A stretch of DNA of 64,000 bases from Parcubacteria group bacterium Gr01-1014_8 (GTDB lineage: Bacteria; Patescibacteriota; Minisyncoccia; Phycocordibacterales; UBA2100), in the NCBI GenBank assembly GCA_007376385.1, contig VMGC01000003.1, forward strand, positions 32,001 through 96,000. Direction: 5' to 3'. Made by a program: the position numbers and the translations under genes. Every line of letters starts with the position of its first letter. Positions within the stretch are counted from its first letter, which is position 1. Shown here in pieces: positions 39,377-49,192 of this stretch. A model generated the notes under the pieces. That model worked only from the letters and a program-made list of their open reading frames with translations. It made no database searches and was not told the DNA's origin.

Positions 39377-41368
39377 TTAAACAAGCGGCTGATGCTCGAT
39401 GTCTTCCTTCTTTTTTGGAACAATTCCGTGCGCGATGAGGATCTTTTCGAATTCTTCTCGTTCGATGGTCTCGACTTCAATGAGTTGCTTTGCGATAGCG
39501 TCCAAAACCTTGCGATATTTCTTCATGACGTCTTCTGCCCGCTTGTATGCGCCCTCGACTATCTTTTTCACTTCCGAATCTATCGCGGCTGATACTTCCT
39601 CCGATAACTCTCCGGGTTCGATACCAGCACCAAAAAGTGTCCGGCCAGGCGCAGCTTCGAGCGCGACGGGCCCCATCTTGTCCGACATACCATACTTGGT
39701 GACCATGTCGCGCGCCAGCGCTGAGAGAACCTGCAGGTCATTTGATGCTCCTGTCGTGATGTCGTTGAAGATCATCTTTTCTGCGATGTACCCGCCAAGA
39801 GAAACAGCGATATCATCCAAAAATTCCAGTTTCGATTGCATGCGTCGGTCTTCAAGCGGAAGTTTGAGCGTGTATCCTGCAGCGCGCCCGCGCGAAATGA
39901 TAGAAACTTTGTGTACGGGGTCCGCATACGTCAAGACCGACGCAATGAGCGCATGTCCCGCCTCGTGATACGCCGTTATCTCCTTCTCTTTCTTGTTAAG
40001 CACGTGGCTCCGCCTCTCTGGTCCAAGCATCACCTTCTCTATCGAACGAATGAGGTCGTATTGTGTCACTTCCTTTCTGTCCTCGCGCGCAGCAAGGATT
40101 GCAGCCTCATTCATAAGATTCGCCAAGTCCGCGCCTGAAAACCCCGGGGTTCTCTCTGCAATGACCATAAGATTCGTATCCGGCCCCATCGGTTTCTGCC
40201 TCGCGTGTATCTTGAGGATCGCTTCGCGATCCGACCTGTCCGGCAGATCGATAGTTACCCGCCTGTCGAATCGCCCGGGACGAAGCAGAGCGGGATCAAG
40301 CACGTCCGGACGGTTCGATGCCGCCATGACGATAACTTTTTCATTCGGTTCAAATCCATCCATCTCGACGAGTATTTGGTTCAACGTCTGTTCGCGCTCA
40401 TCATTTCCCCCTCCCACTCCAGAACCACGAACTCGCCCGACAGCGTCTATCTCATCCATGAACACAATGGCCGGTGCGGCTTTTTTCGCGGTTTGAAATA
40501 AGTCACGTACGCGCGAAGCGCCGACACCCACGAACATCTCCACAAATTCAGAACCGGATATTGAAAAGAAAGGAACACCTGCTTCACCCGCAACCGCTCG
40601 TGCTAAGAGCGTCTTTCCTGTTCCAGGCGCGCCCATCAAGAGAACACCCTTGGGGATACGCGCGCCTATCTGAATGAACTTTTTTGGATTCTTCAAAAAG
40701 TCGACTATCTCTGCAAGTTCCGCTTTTGCTTCTTTTGCACCGGCAACATCTGCGAACGTAACTTTTTGAACCGTATCTTCCGGAGAAATAAGACGAGCCA
40801 TCGAGCGACCAAAAGTGAATGCTTGCATGCCGGCACCCCTCACCTGCCTTGAAAGGAACCACATGATGCCAAGAAGAAGCAAAACCGGGATTAAAAGCGG
40901 CGCGAGCGTGAGAAACCAAAAGCGCGCGCCGCCCTGGTCCTGTATCTCTATCTTTATTGCCGCAATCTCCTCCGGTGAAAGTCCGTAACGCGCTAAGGTC
41001 TCGGTAAGCGGCGCCTCTCCTTCCTTCTGCGAAGTTTTTTCACTTTCATCTTTGTATGTTGCCTTGATAGTGTCACCTTCAACGGTGAGAGACACTACTT
41101 TGTCATCGCGAATGTCATTGGCAAGCTGCGATATTGCTATCTCATCCGCCCCGCTCTCAATATATTTGCGAACTGCCGAATAGCCCGCTGAAAGTACGAG
41201 AAAAACTGCGAACGCAACTGCTAGCTGCATCCAAATACCCGGTCCTTCCGACGGAGGAACGGCGGGTTTTTTCCCTTTTTTTCCGTGCAGATCGCCCGGA
41301 GTCATTTCTTCGGACATAGACAGCGCATTATACATAAATAGCTTGTCGCAGCTAGTTTGCGGCGACAA
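39377..41368 (-). CDS. ftsH: ATP-dependent zinc metalloprotease FtsH
   Basis: 663 aa. Two N-terminal TM helices. AAA+ Walker A GAPGTGKT, Walker B, second region of homology. Zn motif HEAGHAL. Confidence 0.95.
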   Translation of the reverse strand: MSPQTSCDKLFMYNALSMSEEMTPGDLHGKKGKKPAVPPSEGPGIWMQLAVAFAVFLVLSAGYSAVRKYIESGADEIAISQLANDIRDDKVVSLTVEGDTIKATYKDESEKTSQKEGEAPLTETLARYGLSPEEIAAIKIEIQDQGGARFWFLTLAPLLIPVLLLLGIMWFLSRQVRGAGMQAFTFGRSMARLISPEDTVQKVTFADVAGAKEAKAELAEIVDFLKNPKKFIQIGARIPKGVLLMGAPGTGKTLLARAVAGEAGVPFFSISGSEFVEMFVGVGASRVRDLFQTAKKAAPAIVFMDEIDAVGRVRGSGVGGGNDEREQTLNQILVEMDGFEPNEKVIVMAASNRPDVLDPALLRPGRFDRRVTIDLPDRSDREAILKIHARQKPMGPDTNLMVIAERTPGFSGADLANLMNEAAILAAREDRKEVTQYDLIRSIEKVMLGPERRSHVLNKKEKEITAYHEAGHALIASVLTYADPVHKVSIISRGRAAGYTLKLPLEDRRMQSKLEFLDDIAVSLGGYIAEKMIFNDITTGASNDLQVLSALARDMVTKYGMSDKMGPVALEAAPGRTLFGAGIEPGELSEEVSAAIDSEVKKIVEGAYKRAEDVMKKYRKVLDAIAKQLIEVETIEREEFEKILIAHGIVPKKKEDIEHQPLV

Positions 41369-41424
41369 GAAAAGATAAAGAAAATGGTAAAGAAATTACC
41401 TGTAGTTCAGGTTATAGTGTCGTC

Positions 41425-41868
41425 ATGTCGCTGATAGATAACAAGCGCGGGCTCTTCGATTACTCGGTTCTTGAAGAACTCGAGGCTGGTATCGAGTTGT
41501 TTGGCTGCGAAGTGAAATCTCTTAGAAACAAACAAGGCTCCTTGAAAGGCGCTCGCGTCGTTGCGCGCGGCGGCGAAGCATATCTTGTTGGCGCTACCAT
41601 ACCTGCATGGCAAATGGCGAACGCCCCCAAGAGCTATGATCCGGAGCGACCGCGCCGATTGCTCTTAAATCAGAAGGAAATCGCCCATATTGCCTCCGCA
41701 GAGGGGGAAAAGGGATTGACAGCAGTGCCGATTTCAGTGTATAATAGAGGGCAACGATTGAAGCTCGGCATTGCTATCGCGCGCGGGAGGAAAAAAGAAG
41801 ATAAACGTCATACAATACGTGCGCGCGAGGAGGAAAGAAGGATCGAGAGAACGAAAAAGCGGAAATAG
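41425..41868 (+). CDS. smpB: SsrA-binding protein
   Basis: 147 aa. SmpB core, followed by a basic C-terminal tail. Confidence 0.9.
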   Translation: MSLIDNKRGLFDYSVLEELEAGIELFGCEVKSLRNKQGSLKGARVVARGGEAYLVGATIPAWQMANAPKSYDPERPRRLLLNQKEIAHIASAEGEKGLTAVPISVYNRGQRLKLGIAIARGRKKEDKRHTIRAREEERRIERTKKRK

Positions 41869-42159
41869 TTTGCGGATTTGGATGGACACTGAGGGAGACT
41901 GAAGATGGACGACGAACTGCTGTTTATACTCATCGTTATCGTAGGAATCCTACTCTGTGTGGCATCTCCTTGGTGTATAGAGATATACACCTGGGTTAAG
42001 GGGAAGAGCGAATCTCTTTTCCGGGTCTTGCGACTAAAAGAGTAGCCCGTGCGGACGATCGAGGGCCACCCGGTCGTCTGCCTGTCCAAATTCGGAAACA
42101 GTTCTTTGAAAATTAAACAGCCAGTCCCCACCTCTGAACCTGAATCAGGTTCAGAGGTG

Positions 42160-42547
42160 GGGGGTGACTGGTTTCGACAGGAAATTCAATGTGCTTGTGT
42201 GCAAGACGGAAGTGAGAACCTTCCTAAAAAATCTCAAACTCTAAGTGCAAACAAAACTGCACGGGGGGTTCTTTCGCCGATTCAGGCGAAAGACCTCGGC
42301 CTCGTTTTCGCTTAATCGCCCAAACGACCGTTCGTTCAGCGGGTACTCGATACCGTTGACGCGAGCGTCATAACCATCGAGTCCGGTTTCTATTTCACTC
42401 CGAGTAGAGACTTAAAGAAAGAGAGTTAGCCGACGTATGCTTTCGTTCATCTTCTACATACATCGGCGAATCTTCAAGATGAACTACGTCTTGTAGACGC
42501 GCCTGTGCATCATTTCTTGGACTCGAGTTCAATTCTCGACACCTCCA
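42160..42547 (+). ncRNA. ssrA: tmRNA (SsrA)
   Basis: 5' GGGGGTGACTGGTTTCGACAGG pairs with 3' ...CACCTCCA, including the G3:U70 alanine identity pair. T-arm TTCAATTCTCGA. Internal reading frame GCA AAC AAA ACT GCA ... GTT TTC GCT TAA, where the resume-codon context (GTGCAAAC) resembles E. coli (GTCGCAAAC). Lies directly downstream of smpB. Confidence 0.8.
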
Positions 42548-42604
42548 CTCGATTCGCCTCTCGCTAACGCTTGAGGCTCGCTCGTGGCAAGCCACCAGTC
42601 AATA

Positions 42605-42633
42605 CAAAAACCGCCAAAGATGGCGGTTTTTGT
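42605..42633 (+). terminator. Intrinsic terminator after tmRNA
   Basis: AAAAACCGCCAAAGATGGCGGTTTTTGT: GC stem followed by a T-tract. Confidence 0.65.
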
Positions 42634-42830
42634 ATGTGAACACGTTAATTTCACTCCTCGATCTTCGAGCGATTTGTGGGGCACGACTTACCGCATCCAG
42701 AACACGAGCCATCTCCCGGCTTGCACGTGCTGTGTTCTCCGCAATCACATTCGTCTGGATTCATACTAGTTAACGACTGTTATGAATAAACTACTGCAAT
42801 CGTATACCCGTATATTTCTCTGTAAAGATG

Positions 42831-43385
42831 CTACAACTCTATTCCCACGGTCACGCTCACCGTTCCATCTCCCGCATCCTGAATGTATGCAGCAAACGTC
42901 CGAGTATCTTTCTTAGCGGCAATAACGTTCGTGCCTGCCATGTTCGCAGAGGCGTCGATTGTCCAACCCTCTGCTTTCAAGCGCGAATTGTAATAGTCGA
43001 GGATGCTCTGCGCCGATGCTTTCGTCGTGTAAACAACCGCAGAGCCAGCCGCACCGGTCGCTGGATTCGTCGAACCGGAATACATAATCGTTGCTCCCGA
43101 ATATACAGGAGGTGCATCTGATGGCCAATTGCTAGGCATGCCTGCACCGCTTCCGACTGTCACGCTTCCTTCACCCGTATTATACGTAACTGTGCCATCA
43201 GAGTTTCTGTCAACATCGGCACCATTCACTCCAGGAAGATAAGCCGAACCAATAGAACCGCCTCGACCTCCCACACCTCCGAAGATGGCTACGAGCAATA
43301 AGACAACTGCTACCCCGCCGACTATCCAGAGTATTTTCTTGTTTTTGCCAGCCGGGGCCGGCGTTGCGCTTGTTCCTTCATCCAT
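42831..43385 (-). CDS. Membrane-anchored hypothetical protein
   Basis: Start at MDEGTSATPAPAG..., then one TM helix (ILWIVGGVAVVLLLVAIFGGV) and a Gly/Ser/Thr-rich extracellular domain. The upstream part of the track ORF is unlikely to be coding. Confidence 0.5.
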   Translation of the reverse strand: MDEGTSATPAPAGKNKKILWIVGGVAVVLLLVAIFGGVGGRGGSIGSAYLPGVNGADVDRNSDGTVTYNTGEGSVTVGSGAGMPSNWPSDAPPVYSGATIMYSGSTNPATGAAGSAVVYTTKASAQSILDYYNSRLKAEGWTIDASANMAGTNVIAAKKDTRTFAAYIQDAGDGTVSVTVGIEL

Positions 43386-43490
43386 AATATATATGTGTCT
43401 ATAAATAAGTACCCGCAGTCTCTCATCGGTCGCATTCCTGTGCAAGGCTGCATGGGGTAATGTTCCCCACTGCTTGCCGTCCTCAATGAT

Positions 43491-44795
43491 ATGAGACAAT
43501 TGCCGGACAATACAAACCCGCATATGCAACGAGCGAATTGGTGGAAACACGCGAAAATTTACGAACTCTATATCGATAAATTCGCAGGCACTATCAGCGG
43601 TCTTACGTCAAAGTTGGACTACTTTACGCATTTGGGAATAAACACTCTGCACGTTCTTCCGCACTATCCTTCCCCGATGGTCGACGATGGGTATGACGTG
43701 ACAGATTATCAGAATGTACGTCCGGAATTAGGCACGCTCGATGATTTCAAGAAATTCCTCAACGAGGCACATAGCCGGGATATATATGTCATCGTCGATT
43801 TTGTTCTAAACCACGTCTCGAGTGAACACCCCTGGTTTGTCGAAGCGCGCGCGACCAGAGAAAACCCCAAACGCAATTTCTTTCTGTGGAGTAACACCGG
43901 TCAAGAATTCAAGAACGCGCGGAATGCGTTCGTGGATATTAAGCCATCGAATTGGATAAAGAACGAGTTAACGGAAGATTATTACTACGCAACATTCTAT
44001 CCGGAACAACCTGATCTGAATTGGGACAACCCGCTCGTTTTTGAAGAGATGCTCCAATATGCGAAATTTTGGGTGGATCTGGGTGTCGACGGCTTTCGTT
44101 TGGACGCCGTGCCGTTCCTCATTAAACGTGAAAACTCACCTTCTCTTGGTCTACCAGAGACGCATGCGATCTTGAAAAAGATACGCGCGCAGCTCGATGA
44201 AAAATATAGCGGCCGGATCGCGCTCCTTGGAGAGGCACATCAGGAACTGAGAGACATGATGCAGTACTTTGGCGATGGCGACGAATGCCACATGCTGTAT
44301 CATTTCCCCATGATGGAACAAATGCTTCTTGCACTGATGCGAAATGATGATTCTGCGGTTCGCACAATGGTTCAAGCATCGTCCGACATTCCCCCTTCAT
44401 GTGAGTGGGCAGTGTTTGTGAGAAATCACGACGACATCTCTCTCACAACGCTTCCAGATGCCGACCGTATGGAACTCGTTGATTTTCTTGACCCTCAACA
44501 TCGCTATCCATTCAGCAATCACACGACGACTTCGATGCGCTTGGGAAGCATTTTTGAGAATCATTCTTCTCGCGTTCTTGAGGCGCTTGAATTGCTGTAT
44601 TCAGTGCCGGGAGTCAAAGTTCTTTACTACGGCGACGAGATCGGGATGAAGAATCTCCCTCTTCAGGAAGGCGTGCGCGATTCGCGCGTGTATGTTCGCG
44701 GGGAATTCGATTGGAACAGCGCAAATACGATGCTTGCAGACCCCGATTCGCTTTTAAACAAGGTCGCGAGATGTATCAAGCGCAGTGCTGCCTGA
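43491..44795 (+). CDS. Alpha-amylase family (GH13) enzyme, trehalose-synthase / amylosucrase-like catalytic domain
   Basis: 434 aa. Conserved regions I (DFVLNH), II (GFRLDAVPF, nucleophile Asp), III (LLGEAHQ) and IV (FVRNHDD). Confidence 0.8.
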   Translation: MRQLPDNTNPHMQRANWWKHAKIYELYIDKFAGTISGLTSKLDYFTHLGINTLHVLPHYPSPMVDDGYDVTDYQNVRPELGTLDDFKKFLNEAHSRDIYVIVDFVLNHVSSEHPWFVEARATRENPKRNFFLWSNTGQEFKNARNAFVDIKPSNWIKNELTEDYYYATFYPEQPDLNWDNPLVFEEMLQYAKFWVDLGVDGFRLDAVPFLIKRENSPSLGLPETHAILKKIRAQLDEKYSGRIALLGEAHQELRDMMQYFGDGDECHMLYHFPMMEQMLLALMRNDDSAVRTMVQASSDIPPSCEWAVFVRNHDDISLTTLPDADRMELVDFLDPQHRYPFSNHTTTSMRLGSIFENHSSRVLEALELLYSVPGVKVLYYGDEIGMKNLPLQEGVRDSRVYVRGEFDWNSANTMLADPDSLLNKVARCIKRSAA

Positions 44796-44869
44796 TCTGC
44801 GATCCTCTCTTTCCTGCCGGCGAACTGTTTCGTGTACACAAGCCCTTCTTGATATACTTGCCGCACATG

Positions 44870-46033
44870 AAGTTGGCAGTAGTAGCAAGCATCGATAAGA
44901 CAACGACGCCAAGCAGCAAAGGCGGGATGGAAGTTTGGACCTCCAATTTTGTCTTGGAAAGTTCGAAGCGAGGCCACCACATAGATCTGTACGCGACGGA
45001 GGGTTCGATACACGGTGAACGCGTCCGTCTCATCCCATCCCTGGATCGCCCGCTAAACGATTACTTTTCCGACGAATATTTCACTGAAAATCCAGGAGAT
45101 TTCGACAAGCGCAAGGAGAAATTCATGTCGACCGTCTACGCATCATTGCTCAAAAAAGTCCGCGATCAGGAAGATGGCTACGACATAATAGTCGATAGCG
45201 TCGCGTATCCTTCATTCTCTTTCAATACAAATACATTTCATAAGCCGGTTCTGACGATCGGACATTTTCCTGTTGAGTTCATGCTGAAATTTTATGTCAA
45301 AACACTTGGCTGGCCGGAAAATAATACCGTAGTCTTTCCTTCTCGGTTCCAGAATGACCACGCCACCTTCTTACCTGAATCAAAAAGGCACGTCATTCCT
45401 CACGGCATCGATGAGGCATCGCTGACCTTCAGTCCGGAAGGGGGGAGTGGCATGCTCTGGATGGCGCGAGTACACCATAAATTCATGAACAAGGGTCTCG
45501 ACGACGCGTTGACGGTCGCGAACACTCTTAAAAGACCGATATATGCCACGGGGTTCATTGAACGCTCTTCTCGAGCGTATTTTGATGAGATCATACGCCC
45601 GCTCCTCTCAGAGTATGCAACATTCGATGAACAAGGTATGGCAACTCCAATCGATAAAAGCCACGTGTTCGGAAACGCAAAACTTTTTCTTTTCCCTCTC
45701 AAATGGGAAGAAGCATTCGGTTTGGTCATGTTGGAATCGCTTGCCTGCGGGACACCCGTCGTGGCGTACGCGCGCGGCGCTGTTCCCGAGATAATCGAAG
45801 ATGGCACCACGGGATTCATCGTAAATTCCAGCGCGGATGATATTCGAGGCGCATTCACCATACAAAAAACTGGCCAGGAAGGTCTTTGCGAAGCAGTTGA
45901 GCGTATATATGCCATGAGCAAAGCAGACTACGCCGAAATGAGACGAGCTTGCCGTGCCCGCATCGAGAAATCGTTCACACGTAGAAGAATGTTCGATGGC
46001 TACGAACAGCTTTTCACGACGATCACAACTTAA
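44870..46033 (+). CDS. Glycosyltransferase family 4 (GT-B fold)
   Basis: E-x7-E region EAFGLVMLESLACGTPVVAYARGAVPEII and the characteristic C-terminal domain. Start trimmed to MKLAVVASID. Confidence 0.8.
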   Translation, partial: KLAVVASIDKTTTPSSKGGMEVWTSNFVLESSKRGHHIDLYATEGSIHGERVRLIPSLDRPLNDYFSDEYFTENPGDFDKRKEKFMSTVYASLLKKVRDQEDGYDIIVDSVAYPSFSFNTNTFHKPVLTIGHFPVEFMLKFYVKTLGWPENNTVVFPSRFQNDHATFLPESKRHVIPHGIDEASLTFSPEGGSGMLWMARVHHKFMNKGLDDALTVANTLKRPIYATGFIERSSRAYFDEIIRPLLSEYATFDEQGMATPIDKSHVFGNAKLFLFPLKWEEAFGLVMLESLACGTPVVAYARGAVPEIIEDGTTGFIVNSSADDIRGAFTIQKTGQEGLCEAVERIYAMSKADYAEMRRACRARIEKSFTRRRMFDGYEQLFTTITT

Positions 46034-47337
46034 CGTACTTCACCAAGACTGGGGATCGCAAGACGGCGGCGGGCAGTCCCTCCTTTGAAGAGTTGCGTTG
46101 CGCGTTCTGGCAGGTCACCTCGTTCACCAAGATGAGCGCCAAATTTCATTGCCTCGAAACTTGAGCCCAAAAACACGACATGCTTCCCGTATTTCTCTGA
46201 AAGTTCATCTACGCTTTCGAACACCTGCTTCAAACCCTCCTTTGCATGAACAGCCCCAAAAAGATCGAGCTGAACCGGAGCGTGTTTCTTTAATTTCATG
46301 AGCGTGATGCCGGTTGCACGATAGAACTCTCCTTTTTTGAACACGTTCGGAAAGTATTCTGCGACTGTTCGCACAATATCCTGCGGCAGATTTGTGTGGT
46401 GTGAGAGCTTAATTTCGCATCCATGATATTTGAAATCCTGTGTTTTAAGAAAAAAGAAGATCTCAAGCGTGGAGAGATCCCATTTGCGCACCTTTATACA
46501 TGCATTTTCTATATTTTTTGAGAGTTGAGAAAACACGAATTTTTGGTCGCGGGAAGGAGGCGTAAAAGTTTTCGTCTTGCTGATGGATCGGTATGATTCC
46601 TTGCGTTCGGTTGTTATCTCATATGTCATTTCACCTCGCAGCTCGTGCCAGATCTCAACATATGGTTTAGAAAGCATCGCTGTTACCCACGTCTCTTCTT
46701 TGTTCACGAGATCTTGTATGCTTCTGACCCCGTATTTATTGAGATACTGGGCAGTGTTCGGTCCAATGCCCCATACAGAGCAAATGGGAAGCTTCTCTAA
46801 AAATTTATGTGCATCTCTAAGCGGGATCGCGGTGCATCCGTCCGGCTTCTTCCATTTCGAGCCGATCTTTGCGAGCACTTTCGTCGCCGAAAGTCCGATC
46901 GAGAATGTCATGCCGAGTTCTGTATCAAGTTCGCGTTTTATCTGCAATGCCGTTTCAGGATAATTCATCTTATTCACGCGGCGCATGCCGGTAATATCAG
47001 CAAAGCACTCATCGATTGAATACTCTTCAACTGCCGGCGTATAACGGCGCACGATCTCATACATGCGCTCTGAGAAAAGCGAGTACGTTTCGTAATCGGA
47101 TGGCAAAATGACTGCCTCGGGGCACAATTTTCTTGCTTCTCCTAATTTCATCCCGCGCTTTACGCCCCGCGCCTTCACGTCGTACGTGCATGCTGAGACG
47201 ATGCCGCGTTCTTTTCCCGTAATGACTGGTTTCCCTCTCAGACGCGGATCTTTTGCCACCTCACATGCTGCGAAAAAAGAATCTCCGTCAATATGAAGAA
47301 TGGCATGAGGAAAAGAAGCTGAGATCCCCCATGTCAT
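46030..47337 (-). CDS. dinB: Y-family DNA polymerase (DinB/UmuC-like)
   Basis: 435 aa. N-terminal catalytic motif HIDGDSFFAA. Palm, fingers and little-finger layout. Immediately downstream of lexA. Confidence 0.85.
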   Translation of the reverse strand: MTWGISASFPHAILHIDGDSFFAACEVAKDPRLRGKPVITGKERGIVSACTYDVKARGVKRGMKLGEARKLCPEAVILPSDYETYSLFSERMYEIVRRYTPAVEEYSIDECFADITGMRRVNKMNYPETALQIKRELDTELGMTFSIGLSATKVLAKIGSKWKKPDGCTAIPLRDAHKFLEKLPICSVWGIGPNTAQYLNKYGVRSIQDLVNKEETWVTAMLSKPYVEIWHELRGEMTYEITTERKESYRSISKTKTFTPPSRDQKFVFSQLSKNIENACIKVRKWDLSTLEIFFFLKTQDFKYHGCEIKLSHHTNLPQDIVRTVAEYFPNVFKKGEFYRATGITLMKLKKHAPVQLDLFGAVHAKEGLKQVFESVDELSEKYGKHVVFLGSSFEAMKFGAHLGERGDLPERATQLFKGGTARRRLAIPSLGEVR

Positions 47338-47344
47338 ACGCGTA

Positions 47345-47947
47345 TTAATATTTGCGCACTACTGCAGTGACCACGGCTTCGATGCGAAACGATTCTTTTG
47401 GATAAAGCGCTCGGTAACGCTTATTCGCCGGCTCAAGATAGTATTGTTCTCCTGCCTGCGCCGCGAAGCCTCGCGTCGCGGCAGGCAGGCCCCGCTTCCG
47501 AAGATATTTCATCGTGTACTCGCTATCTATGCACGCAATAACTATTTGCCCCGGCTTGTAAGCACTCCTGCGCTCGACAATGACCATGTCGCCCGGTTGT
47601 ATCCCCGCTTCTATCATGGAATCTCCTTTTACTTTCAGAATGTAGCTCATCTCTTTATTCGGCGTGAGATATTCATCGAAATTCATCACGTCGAGAAGCT
47701 CTTCCTCTGCAGCTGAAGGAAAGCCAGCCTCTACCAACCCGAGCATCTTTACGCCTTCTTCTAGGTTCTGTGGCAGAAGTTTCCCCGAGCCGTCCTTTGA
47801 GATAACACCCTCTTCTATGAGCGCTTCGATGCGGTAGTTGACCGCGCTCTTTGTTTTGTACCCCCACAACTTCATCAATTCAGAGAATGTGGGCATCCTT
47901 TGCCGCGAACGATAAAACCCTGCCAGCTTTTCCTTGAATTTTTCCAT
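47345..47947 (-). CDS. lexA: LexA repressor (S24 peptidase)
   Basis: 200 aa. N-terminal wHTH. Ala-Gly cleavage region. Ser-Lys dyad motifs (VKGDSMIEAGI...K). Confidence 0.85.
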   Translation of the reverse strand: MEKFKEKLAGFYRSRQRMPTFSELMKLWGYKTKSAVNYRIEALIEEGVISKDGSGKLLPQNLEEGVKMLGLVEAGFPSAAEEELLDVMNFDEYLTPNKEMSYILKVKGDSMIEAGIQPGDMVIVERRSAYKPGQIVIACIDSEYTMKYLRKRGLPAATRGFAAQAGEQYYLEPANKRYRALYPKESFRIEAVVTAVVRKY

Positions 47948-47961
47948 TCCCCCAGTCTATA

Positions 47962-47973
47962 GAACGTTCGTTC
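47962..47973. promoter_or_regulatory. Candidate SOS (Cheo-type) box, GAAC-N4-GTTC
   Basis: AGAACGTTCGTTCT: a perfect inverted repeat AGAAC/GTTCT lying 15 bp upstream of the lexA start. Confidence 0.55.
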
Positions 47974-48002
47974 TGTAGTCAAGCGGGGCTAGCGGAAAAA
48001 AT

Positions 48003-49190
48003 CTAGTTGATCACACCAAATTGTTTGCCTACTTTTGCGAATTTTTCGACTGCGGTCTTGATGTCTTTCGTCGTATGTGCAGCTGAGACCTGTACGCGGA
48101 TACGCGCTTTACCTTTAGGAACAACGGGAAACGCGAATCCAATAACATAAATCCCCTCCTTGAAAAGCGCGGCAGCCATCTCAACTGCCTTCTTTTCGTC
48201 GCCGAGCATGATAGGCGTGATGGGGTGCTGCGCATCTGGTACTCGAAAGCCCTTTTCTTTCATGAGCTTTCTAAAGAGGTTGGTGTTTTCCCAGAGTTTT
48301 TCGCGATGTTCCGGATGTTTTTTAAGATATTTAATGACATCGAGTGACGTACCGGTAACGGCGGTATCGAGGGCATTGGAGAAGAGGTATGTTCGCGAGC
48401 GATTGCGTAGATATTCGACGATCTCTTTTTTTCCAGCCGTGAACGCACCGCCAGCGCCTCCGAGCGCCTTTCCGAACGTGCCGGTCAAAAAGTCGACGCG
48501 GTTCTCGACGCCGAAATGTTGCGGAGTTCCTCCGCCCTTTTTACCCATGACACCGTTCGCGTGCGCATCATCCACCATCACAAGCGCGTCGTATTTGTCG
48601 GCAAGATCGCAGATCTTGTCCAGGGGCGCAATGTCCCCGTCCATACTGTATACGCCGTCTGTCGCAATAACGCGAAGCCTTTTTTCTTTAGTCGCTTTCA
48701 ATTTTTCTTCGAGGTCCGCCATGTCCATGTGCTTGAATACGTGCCGCTCGGATTTCGCGAGGCGCACCGCATCAATAATGGAGGCGTGATTCAATTCGTC
48801 ACTTATTATTGCATCTTGGTCAGTAAAAAATGTCTGGAACAACCCCACATTCGCCATGAAGCACGACGAATATGTTATCGCATCCTCCATGCCAACGTAA
48901 TCTGCCACCGCTTTTTCCAGTTCTTTGTGGATAGTCTGCGTGCCGCAAATAAAACGGACTGACGCGAGGCCGTATCCCCATTTTTTTACGGCTTTTTCGG
49001 ATGATTTTTCTACAAACTTCGTCCCCGCAAGACCGAGGTAATTGTTCGAGCAGAAATTCAGATACTTTTTTCCTCCGACCTTGATCTCCCTATCCTGTTT
49101 CGATCGTATAACGCGCTCCGTTTTATACGTTCCATTCTCCCGCATTTGAGCAAGTTCTTCCGCCAACATTTCCTTGAATTTTCCGTACAT
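48003..49190 (-). CDS. kbl: Glycine C-acetyltransferase (2-amino-3-ketobutyrate CoA ligase)
   Basis: 395 aa. Alpha-oxoamine synthase family with a PLP-Lys region (GTFGKALGGAGG). Adjacent to tdh. Confidence 0.85.
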   Translation of the reverse strand: MYGKFKEMLAEELAQMRENGTYKTERVIRSKQDREIKVGGKKYLNFCSNNYLGLAGTKFVEKSSEKAVKKWGYGLASVRFICGTQTIHKELEKAVADYVGMEDAITYSSCFMANVGLFQTFFTDQDAIISDELNHASIIDAVRLAKSERHVFKHMDMADLEEKLKATKEKRLRVIATDGVYSMDGDIAPLDKICDLADKYDALVMVDDAHANGVMGKKGGGTPQHFGVENRVDFLTGTFGKALGGAGGAFTAGKKEIVEYLRNRSRTYLFSNALDTAVTGTSLDVIKYLKKHPEHREKLWENTNLFRKLMKEKGFRVPDAQHPITPIMLGDEKKAVEMAAALFKEGIYVIGFAFPVVPKGKARIRVQVSAAHTTKDIKTAVEKFAKVGKQFGVIN

Positions 49191-49192
49191 AT

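Noticed and set aside
43491-44795. GH13 gene truncated by a frameshift into the downstream GT4 ORF
   Set aside because: All four GH13 catalytic regions lie within the 434-aa frame. The overlapping portion of the 44711 ORF upstream of Met 44870 is nonsense. These are two separate genes.
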